The position numbers and the translations under genes are program-made. A stretch of 56,169 nt of DNA from Candidatus Kapaibacterium sp. (GTDB lineage Bacteria > Bacteroidota > Ignavibacteria > Palsa-1295), in contig JBKJTP010000084.1 of assembly GCA_046590195.1 (NCBI GenBank), positions 1-56,169 on the forward strand. Reading direction: 5' to 3'. Of the stretch, positions 31,451-38,078 are shown piece by piece. Within the stretch, counting starts at the first letter, position 1; every line of letters starts with the position of its first letter. Under the pieces are notes generated by a model. That model worked only from the letters and a program-made list of their open reading frames with translations, did no database searches and had not been told where the DNA came from.

Positions 31451-32086
31451 ATGCCTATCTCGACCGTCTCCGGCTCTCAGGGGCAGGGTAAATCCACTGT
31501 CCTGAATACCCTCTCGTCAATGTGCTATAGTGTTGTCGAGCGTAAGACTTCGCGCTCCATCCTCAGCGAATGGGGCTTTACATTGAACGAAGTAAACAAG
31601 TACCCACCACTCACCGCCCGCTTCCAAGATGAAGTGCTACGTCGTCATCTGGAAAGCATGCGTCCGCTTATTGACGATGACAACTTCCATTTCATGGAGC
31701 GTTCGTTCTCGGATATCTTCACCTACGCGGTCATGGCGATTGGCTCGTTCAACGAGTACAACGACTGGATGGAAGACTATTATCACAAGTGCATCGAAGC
31801 TCAGTCCTACTTCCACAAGGTATTCCACCTCACCGGCCGTACATTCGTTCCTGAAGAGGATGGTGTCCGTTCCACAAGTCGCTTCTTCGGTCCTGTTGTT
31901 GACCGTGAGATTGCTGATTGCTTGAAGCGTATGGATGTTGCCGTTGGTAAGGGTCAACTTATCACTATCGGCGTCCCGGACAATGAGGAACGTGTGCAAG
32001 CTATCCTGCGCCACAGTGTCGGCACTGAACGCGTAGTGGGATGTCACCCTGATATTGTTCTTCCGGCGTGGGACAATGGCTGTTAA
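31451..32086 (+). CDS. P-loop kinase, AAA_28 / NadR ribosylnicotinamide-kinase-like (tentative)
   Basis: Walker A GSQGQGKST. VERKTSR after the P-loop, FMERSFSDIFTYA (NadR FIDTDFVTTQAF) and PEEDGVRS (NadR WVADGLRS) parallel the remembered NadR kinase domain. Confidence 0.35.
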   Translation: MPISTVSGSQGQGKSTVLNTLSSMCYSVVERKTSRSILSEWGFTLNEVNKYPPLTARFQDEVLRRHLESMRPLIDDDNFHFMERSFSDIFTYAVMAIGSFNEYNDWMEDYYHKCIEAQSYFHKVFHLTGRTFVPEEDGVRSTSRFFGPVVDREIADCLKRMDVAVGKGQLITIGVPDNEERVQAILRHSVGTERVVGCHPDIVLPAWDNGC

Positions 32087-32672
32087 GCCGCAGGGTTGGT
32101 ACAACAAGTTCTTGGTCATTGATGCTGAGACTTCCGGTCTCAACTTTGACCAGAACAGCCATGACATTACACTGGGCTATCAGTCGGTAGCATGGGGCTT
32201 CATCGTTTCCGATATGAAGACGATGAAGCCTATCGACGAACTCTACTTGGAAATCAAGTGGGACGGTGAATCACTGTGGCATTGGAAGGCCGAGAAGACC
32301 CATGGTCTGTCTAAGGCAAAGCTTGAGAAGACTGGTATGACGGCTTCTGATGCGGCCGATGCCATTGTAATGTTTCTAGCCGAGCATTTCGAGGTTGAAG
32401 AGACCATCATCTGCATGGGTATCAACGTTGCCCGGTTCGACATTCCCTTTCTTAAGAAGCTGCTCATAGCTCACGGCTACCCTGTAAGCTTCTCCCATCG
32501 TTGTCTTGATGTGTCGGCCCTTGCTGCTATGACCATCGGCACCTATACCAGTCAGCAAATGTTTGATGAGCTAGGTATTGATCGCGGCTCCGTACATAAT
32601 GCATTAGAAGACTGTCGTGCTACCCTGAAGGCTGCTCGTATTATCAGGTCACTGTTTCGCGCTAGTGCATAA
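32076..32672 (+). CDS. DEDDh 3'-5' exonuclease (DnaQ/RNase T-like)
   Basis: ExoI VIDAETSGL, ExoIII HNALEDCRAT. I prefer the start at ATG 32076, which overlaps the upstream stop region. Confidence 0.75.
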   Translation: MAVKPQGWYNKFLVIDAETSGLNFDQNSHDITLGYQSVAWGFIVSDMKTMKPIDELYLEIKWDGESLWHWKAEKTHGLSKAKLEKTGMTASDAADAIVMFLAEHFEVEETIICMGINVARFDIPFLKKLLIAHGYPVSFSHRCLDVSALAAMTIGTYTSQQMFDELGIDRGSVHNALEDCRATLKAARIIRSLFRASA

Positions 32673-32679
32673 ATAGGCG

Positions 32680-32937
32680 ATGGAACAGAAGAAACTGACA
32701 CGGGACCAAGCTCTAATCAAACTTCTCCGCGAAAGTGTGGAGAAGGATGCGAAGATTAGGAAGCTTGAGAAGGAAAAGAAAGGCCACGACCAGCGCATCA
32801 GAAAGCTGGAAGAGGAATACAAAAGACTCCTTCGCCTCATCTTGGAAGGTGATAAGACCGTCCGTGTCCTCAAGGAAAAATCGTCAAACCACGAGAATGA
32901 CTTAACCAGCGTAAAGCGTACCCTGAGCAGGAAATAA
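32680..32937 (+). CDS. hypothetical coiled-coil protein
   Basis: K/E/L heptad-like sequence. Confidence 0.5.
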   Translation: MEQKKLTRDQALIKLLRESVEKDAKIRKLEKEKKGHDQRIRKLEEEYKRLLRLILEGDKTVRVLKEKSSNHENDLTSVKRTLSRK

Positions 32938-32938
32938 C

Positions 32939-33355
32939 ATGGAAACCCCTAGTGAGATATCCCTACCCTCGGTGGTAGGCAAGCTGTCCAACTGGAAGAC
33001 GTATGTAATCTACGCACTTCTGGCTACGGTCGCGTTACAGACTGTCTGGATTCTATGGCAGCGCGGCAATGTTTCCAAGCAGGAAACCGAGATAGTAGAA
33101 TTGAAGATAGCGCGGGACGTTGCCAAGGGTAACGAAGATCGTTGCCGTCTCGCCTTCGACGACCAGAGTAAGCGAATTGTAGATGCCGGAGCCGAATTCG
33201 AGCAATCCCAGAAGAAGGTCAATGACCTGAATAAGTGGATTCGTGAAAACATCGCTAACGGTACCATCCATAGTAAGTCTGATGGTATCCGTAACCAGAA
33301 CACACCAGAGAATTGCCAAGAGGCATTGGAATTCATGCAGAGGAACATTCCATGA
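32939..33355 (+). CDS. i-spanin (Rz-like)
   Basis: N-terminal TM helix YVIYALLATVALQTVWILW followed by a charged coiled-coil periplasmic domain. Confidence 0.55.
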   Translation: METPSEISLPSVVGKLSNWKTYVIYALLATVALQTVWILWQRGNVSKQETEIVELKIARDVAKGNEDRCRLAFDDQSKRIVDAGAEFEQSQKKVNDLNKWIRENIANGTIHSKSDGIRNQNTPENCQEALEFMQRNIP

Positions 33356-33696
33356 AAATGAACTTCCTAATCATAGCACTATCCCTATCCCTGACAGCTT
33401 GCGCTACTAAGCCGCTCATCGAAACTCATTATGTTGACAAGCCATACCCGGTGAATGCAGTCCCGCATACGGACATGCCAGCGAAGCCCGTCCTAGAGAC
33501 CACTAAGCTTACTCCGGTCCAGCGTAATGATATCGGTGCATTCTCCAAGGCAGTGACCGTCGAGAACACACAGTTGAAAGAATACATCGGAGTACTTGAG
33601 CTAATCATAAATACATACAATGATTTGGCAAAGAAGTCCGTAGTCACCTCTACCCTAGTGGTTCCGGGACTGAAGACGGATAAGCCGAATCCGTAA
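33352..33696 (+). CDS. o-spanin (Rz1-like outer-membrane lipoprotein)
   Basis: MKMNFLIIALSLSLTAC: a signal peptide with lipobox L-T-A-C. Pro-rich mature part. ATGA overlap with the i-spanin stop. Confidence 0.55.
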   Translation: MKMNFLIIALSLSLTACATKPLIETHYVDKPYPVNAVPHTDMPAKPVLETTKLTPVQRNDIGAFSKAVTVENTQLKEYIGVLELIINTYNDLAKKSVVTSTLVVPGLKTDKPNP

Positions 33697-33711
33697 CTAT
33701 GAGGCTTGTAA

Positions 33712-34038
33712 ATGCGTCATCTAAAGGAAATTCTGGCCGAGGCCAAGAAGGAAAAAGAGAAAAAGGTCGTCTTCGTTGAGACTGACCCGCGTGAAGCGTT
33801 TCCGAACGACACGTTCTCGGCCCTGAAGAAGGACATTCACAAGAAAGCCAAGGATTTGACGGCACACTGGGATTCATCCATTGCACTCGTCGATGCTGTA
33901 TTCGAAGACCTAGAGGTTCCGAAGCCGGCCGCACATCAATCCGAACGATGGGAACAGTACAAGGAACTCCTTGGTATTGCCATCAAAGCACTATATGAAG
34001 CCCGAGGATTCAAGGGCGGCTGGACGAAGACCATCTAA
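33712..34038 (+). CDS. hypothetical protein
   Basis: ORF only. Confidence 0.5.
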   Translation: MRHLKEILAEAKKEKEKKVVFVETDPREAFPNDTFSALKKDIHKKAKDLTAHWDSSIALVDAVFEDLEVPKPAAHQSERWEQYKELLGIAIKALYEARGFKGGWTKTI

Positions 34039-34048
34039 GGAGAATGAA

Positions 34049-34999
34049 ATGGATTTTGAACGTATGAAGAAACTGGCTGGTCTTAACTATATTACGACCG
34101 AGCCAAAAGTACTGGTAGAAGCGGAAGCTCCGAAGGATGAGTACGATTTCGGTCTTATCTCTGTAGACGAACAATCGGAAGAATTGACCGAGAAGCTAGG
34201 TTCCGCCGACCAGAACGAAGACGCCGAGGATGAAGATTCCAAGGAAAATCAGGCTAAGCGACTGAAGGAACGTTATCGTCGTGCCGGTATTTCTCATCGT
34301 GAACATGGTGGTAATGCTGAAGTGAGTCGTAAGGAACAGGATGATGCATTTCATGCTTTATCCTCTCTGCTTGGTGGACCACACCATGCCGCGCATCATC
34401 TAATGCATGAATCTGTATCGGTGGTCGAATCCGTATCGGTAGACGAGCTAAACGCGGGCGATTCCACTCCACCACCGCAGGCTAGTCCACACTCTAGAGT
34501 CAAGGTTCCGAGTGATGTTACTTCGGCTGCTAAACAGCGTATTGCCGAACTCAAGAAAGCCATTATAGACTTCGACGAGAAGGGTGTAAATGATGGCGGT
34601 ATCAAGCAAAATGCTATCGACGCATTGGAACAGATTCTATCTGATTTCGGTAAGCCGGACGGTCATCATGTTGCAGCATTGTTCTATGGTAGCCTGATGA
34701 GCCCTATTCAGGACTTGCTCCCACCGAAGCTTATCAAGTTCATTCACGCTAGTGGCCCGGCCAAGCCAGTTAAGGAAGCTTTCCAGAGCCAACGTTGGTA
34801 CGAGTTGCTTTATTATTTTCCCGCTGGAACTGAACATATTCCGGGCGATTGGGATGCAGCCGATGTGCAGTCTGATGGTCGCGTTCTAGCACGATGGGAT
34901 GTTCCTATGGAAATCTTCAATAATCCTTCTAAATTTGCTCTTCTTTGTAAGGAACGTGGAGTTCCAAAAGATTTCGAATTAGGGAGCGAGGTTAAATGA
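34049..34999 (+). CDS. hypothetical acidic protein
   Basis: I prefer the start at ATG 34049 (SD AAGGAG, 6 nt upstream) over the listed 33971. N-terminus MDFERMKKLAGL. Confidence 0.55.
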   Translation: MDFERMKKLAGLNYITTEPKVLVEAEAPKDEYDFGLISVDEQSEELTEKLGSADQNEDAEDEDSKENQAKRLKERYRRAGISHREHGGNAEVSRKEQDDAFHALSSLLGGPHHAAHHLMHESVSVVESVSVDELNAGDSTPPPQASPHSRVKVPSDVTSAAKQRIAELKKAIIDFDEKGVNDGGIKQNAIDALEQILSDFGKPDGHHVAALFYGSLMSPIQDLLPPKLIKFIHASGPAKPVKEAFQSQRWYELLYYFPAGTEHIPGDWDAADVQSDGRVLARWDVPMEIFNNPSKFALLCKERGVPKDFELGSEVK

Positions 35000-35445
35000 A
35001 ACTGGAATTACTAAAGAAATTACTAGCGGAATCTGATGATTCTATCTACGCGGATAGTCCGGGATGGGCTGAAGCGGAAGAGCGTCGCCGCCAGCAGGCA
35101 CTTCCTAAGCAGGTAACACCAGAGCAGGCAGAACGTCGCCGGCAGGAGATGGAACAGAGTGAAGTTCGTGGCCGGGAGAATGCGGAAATCGAAGCTTTTG
35201 GTAAGGATTTGAATATAATCTATCAGGCCGTGTTGGCTCACAATAGAAAAGCCGGACAAGCTAAACTGGACTTCAATGCATTGACCCGTGGTATCTACAT
35301 GGACGTGCATGATTCGAGTGACCCGTATAGCTACGCCAAGCAGTTCGTAGTGTTTCCGGAGAAGTCCGGTGGTGTTGAAGCGGTCCGTGCTAAGATTGAA
35401 GCACTAAAAAATGACCCGGTACTTTCTAACTACATTCGGCGATAA
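34996..35445 (+). CDS. hypothetical protein
   Basis: ORF with an ATGA overlap with the previous gene. Confidence 0.5.
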   Translation: MKLELLKKLLAESDDSIYADSPGWAEAEERRRQQALPKQVTPEQAERRRQEMEQSEVRGRENAEIEAFGKDLNIIYQAVLAHNRKAGQAKLDFNALTRGIYMDVHDSSDPYSYAKQFVVFPEKSGGVEAVRAKIEALKNDPVLSNYIRR

Positions 35446-35460
35446 TGCGAACGATTACCA

Positions 35461-35490
35461 TTGACATGTAAAGCGCCGGGGGCCTACAAT
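35461..35490 (+). promoter_or_regulatory. sigma70-type (early) promoter
   Basis: TTGACA (35461-35466), 18-nt spacer, TACAAT (35485-35490). Confidence 0.55.
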
Positions 35491-35512
35491 GTCCCCTTCT
35501 CTGTGGAGGCGT

Positions 35513-35695
35513 ATGGAAGACGTGTATATTTGTTTATGTAATGCAGTGCGACAGTCAGATATTGAACGCGCTATTGACAAAGGGGTGACAACTCTTGCAG
35601 GATTAGAAGAAGTCCTCGAAGTGAACATCAACTGTGGCTGCTGTGAACAGGAAGTCATCCAAATCCTCAAAATCAAGACGCAAGGTGATGTCTAG
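35513..35695 (+). CDS. BFD-like [2Fe-2S]-binding domain protein (bacterioferritin-associated ferredoxin-like)
   Basis: MEDVYICLCNAV....I..AI..G.TTL..L......NCGCC matches the Bfd pattern MYVCLCNGV....I.......l......G..CGKC. The start is moved to ATG 35513 because 35489 lies inside the -10 element. Confidence 0.65.
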   Translation: MEDVYICLCNAVRQSDIERAIDKGVTTLAGLEEVLEVNINCGCCEQEVIQILKIKTQGDV

Positions 35696-35965
35696 TCCAT
35701 CATACGAAGGTCACGAGTACACTTTACAGAGCCAATCGGACAAGCTGCGTCGATTGGCGGTGTACCATGCCTACTGGCGACCCAAGAGAACAAGAAGATT
35801 CCGGGTTGGACCTATGATGTGTCGTTTCACTGGGAAGCTGCCACTGATCTGCTCGCGATGGCTAACCTGCACGATAGTCGTAATGAGTTCATCCCGGAAC
35901 TGGTCAAGAAATACTTGCGACTCTTGAAAGCGTCACCGCTAAATAGAGATATGGAGAAGGCTTGA
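35688..35965 (+). pseudogene. disrupted small ORF: the N-part is in one frame (ATG 35688) and the C-part in the frame that continues from the Bfd TAG stop
   Basis: Frame from 35688: MSSPSYEGHEYTLQSQSDKLRRLAVYHAYWRP looks protein-like, then degrades into R/C/W-rich text. Frame ending at TGA 35963-35965: QENKKIPGWTYDVSFHWEAATDLLAMANLHDSRNEFIPELVKKYLRLLKASPLNRDMEKA looks protein-like. Adding one C to the CCC run at 35781-35783 joins them. Confidence 0.35.
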
Positions 35966-35990
35966 CAGGGGTTCCCTAAAGTCGTATCCT
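35962..35990 (+). promoter_or_regulatory. sigma70-type (early) promoter for the NAD salvage genes
   Basis: TTGACA (35962-35967), 17-nt spacer, TATCCT (35985-35990). SD TAAGGAG precedes the ATG at 36018. Confidence 0.5.
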
Positions 35991-36017
35991 ACTAACGTCA
36001 CTAAGGAGCTTAGGACT

Positions 36018-37088
36018 ATGAAGAACACAGTTACCGTCTATATTGGGCGCTTCCAGCCTCCGCATCGCGGCCACATTCTCACGGCCAGCCATGCCCTCGA
36101 CCATGCCAATCGTGTCATCGTTGTCATCGGGTCGCATAACTCCCCTCGCACCATCGTTAACCCGTGGACCGCTGCTGAACGCGAAGACATGTTCCGTGCC
36201 GCTTTGTCGCCGGAGCATAACCAGCGCATCGAATTCGTCTATGCCGAGAATCGGCTCTACAGCAATGCCATGTGGGCTCGCAACGTAGAGCGTCAGGTCA
36301 ACGAGGTCATTGCTAGCTTCAACTTCATCAAGCCAACCATTTCCATCATTGGCAACGGTAAGGGTGACCCTGACACGGACAGCTACATCAACATGTTCAA
36401 GCAGTGGAAGCGCCTCCCGGCCAAATGTATTCGCATCAGCGACACCCCGCTCAATGCTACTAAGCTCCGAGAACTCATGTTCACCGGATATACCGGGCTG
36501 CTTGAGGGTCCGATTTCTGGCGGAGCGTTCAATCTTATCAAGGTGTTTACCCAGACACCTGAATTTGCCGCATTGAAGACCGAATACGACGATGGTATTG
36601 CATACGAAAAAATGTATGCCAACGTTCCGTACAACAACATGAACTTTTACACGGTGGACTCGGTTGTCATCCAATCGGGTCATGTGCTGTTGGTGCAGCG
36701 CGGTCATACGCCGGGTAAAGGGTTGTGGGCATTACCGGGTGGTCATGTTAACCAGAACGAGACATCGGCACAGGCGTCGATTCGTGAGCTTTATGAGGAA
36801 ACCGGCATCAAAGTTCCCCGTAAGGTGTTGGAAGGTAGCCTATTCTGTGAGAAGTTGTTTGACCATCCAGACCGCTCGCTTCGCGCCCGTATCACCAAGA
36901 AGAATGCCCGCACCGTAACTGTTGTATTCGGGTACAAGCTTGATGATGCCGCAGAACTCCCGAAGGTTGTCGGTAGTGATGATGCCACAAAAGCATATTT
37001 CTTCACCTTTAATGAAATTTTGAATATGAGAGATTCCATGTTCGAGGACCATTTTGATATTTTGGAATATTTTATCACCAGAGTATAA
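36018..37088 (+). CDS. natV: bifunctional NMN adenylyltransferase / Nudix hydrolase (NatV/NadM-like)
   Basis: Nucleotidyltransferase motif GRFQPPHRGH. C-terminal Nudix box GGHVNQNETSAQASIRELYEETGI (Gx5Ex7REUxEExGU). Confidence 0.85.
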   Translation: MKNTVTVYIGRFQPPHRGHILTASHALDHANRVIVVIGSHNSPRTIVNPWTAAEREDMFRAALSPEHNQRIEFVYAENRLYSNAMWARNVERQVNEVIASFNFIKPTISIIGNGKGDPDTDSYINMFKQWKRLPAKCIRISDTPLNATKLRELMFTGYTGLLEGPISGGAFNLIKVFTQTPEFAALKTEYDDGIAYEKMYANVPYNNMNFYTVDSVVIQSGHVLLVQRGHTPGKGLWALPGGHVNQNETSAQASIRELYEETGIKVPRKVLEGSLFCEKLFDHPDRSLRARITKKNARTVTVVFGYKLDDAAELPKVVGSDDATKAYFFTFNEILNMRDSMFEDHFDILEYFITRV

Positions 37089-37125
37089 ATACCTACAATC
37101 AAAGTCGTGATGACGGAGTGTAGGT
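37084..37125 (+). promoter_or_regulatory. TATAAATA late-promoter consensus abutting a 7-bp hairpin that spans the SD-to-start region of the endonuclease gene
   Basis: TATAAATA at 37084-37091. ACCTACA (37091-37097) pairs with TGTAGGT (37119-37125). GGAG at 37115-37118, ATG at 37127. Confidence 0.5.
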
Positions 37126-37126
37126 A

Positions 37127-38044
37127 ATGCGAAATAAATGGACTACCGAACTAATGCTAATAGAGATTAGAAAGAGATTAGGCGATAGTATACGAGTTCC
37201 GAAAGACTTTAAGTATGAAGGAATTGATACTTTAGCAACATTTATATGTGAAGTACATGGGGAATTCCAAAAATCCTGTTATAGTTTACTTAAAAGCAAA
37301 ACTCCATGCCACTGGTGTGCCCCCAACCACAAAAGGACTTGGGCGGAGATTGAAGAGAAGATGGAGCTTATACACGGTAAAAAATACGATTATTCCTTAT
37401 GTCAGAAAACGTACATGCCTAAGTATAAGCTTAGCATTATATGCCCGGAACATGGAGTGTTCAAACAATCCGCTGCCGAGCATCTAACGGGCGCTGGTTG
37501 TAGAGTGTGTTACGAGGACAAGAATAGATTATCAATCAATACATTTCTAAAAAATAGTATTGAATTACATGGTGAAAATTACGATTATCAAAAAGTTTTT
37601 GAAACGTTTAGAAATGGTAGGTCGAAGGTAGAAATAATTTGTAAGAGACATGGAGTATTTACACAAAAGGCCACCGACCACTGTAGGGGTGTAGGATGTC
37701 CGTCTTGTCGTTCATCTAAAGGGGAACAACAAATTGAAAGATTTTTGAAAGCTACTCTTATTGATTTCATAAAACAGAAGACGTTCCCAGATTTAAGGTC
37801 ACTACGAGGGGGTTATCTAAAGTATGATTTCTTTATACCATCTCTTAATTGCTTAATAGAGTACGATGGTGTCCAGCATTTTAATGAAATAGGCCATTTT
37901 GACCACCAAAGAACAAAGGAATCTGATTTACTGAAAGATGAATATGCTAAGCTGAATAAAATCTTACTAATAAGAATACGTTATAACGAAGATGTGAACC
38001 AAAAATTAGAAGCTCTTATTTCATCATTGACAACTACACCGTAA
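37127..38044 (+). CDS. free-standing homing-endonuclease-like protein: three Zn-ribbon DNA-binding repeats plus a Vsr/PD-(D/E)xK (EDxHD-type) nuclease domain
   Basis: Repeats [IL]HGx[KN]YDY....C..HG.F.Q.....H..G.GC..C. C-terminus YDFFIPSLNCLIEYDGVQHF...HFD. Strongly AT-rich relative to the flanking natV and nadV. Confidence 0.65.
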   Translation: MRNKWTTELMLIEIRKRLGDSIRVPKDFKYEGIDTLATFICEVHGEFQKSCYSLLKSKTPCHWCAPNHKRTWAEIEEKMELIHGKKYDYSLCQKTYMPKYKLSIICPEHGVFKQSAAEHLTGAGCRVCYEDKNRLSINTFLKNSIELHGENYDYQKVFETFRNGRSKVEIICKRHGVFTQKATDHCRGVGCPSCRSSKGEQQIERFLKATLIDFIKQKTFPDLRSLRGGYLKYDFFIPSLNCLIEYDGVQHFNEIGHFDHQRTKESDLLKDEYAKLNKILLIRIRYNEDVNQKLEALISSLTTTP

Positions 38045-38078
38045 AGATATACAATAATAACAACATCAACAACGACAC

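Noticed and set aside
33971-34048. The listed upstream start (33971) for the ORF ending at 34999, and similar long N-terminal extensions at 22042, 32055, 33313, 35489, 40433, 41696 and 55484
   Set aside because: In each case the extension overlaps the preceding gene or a promoter element. A downstream ATG with a proper Shine-Dalgarno sequence or a stop-start overlap is available, so the shorter forms were preferred.
35775-35795. Programmed -1 ribosomal frameshift to explain the disrupted ORF after the Bfd gene
   Set aside because: There is no X XXY YYZ slippery heptamer and no obvious downstream stem-loop at the required position. A simple 1-nt indel at the CCC run (or TAG read-through) explains the data better. 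Reported as a possible pseudogene or sequencing issue instead.
35976-36707. 243-aa minus-strand ORF antisense to natV
   Set aside because: The + frame carries unmistakable NMNAT (GRFQPPHRGH) and Nudix motifs. The antisense product is R/V/H-rich with no motif, as expected for a shadow ORF in a GC-balanced gene.
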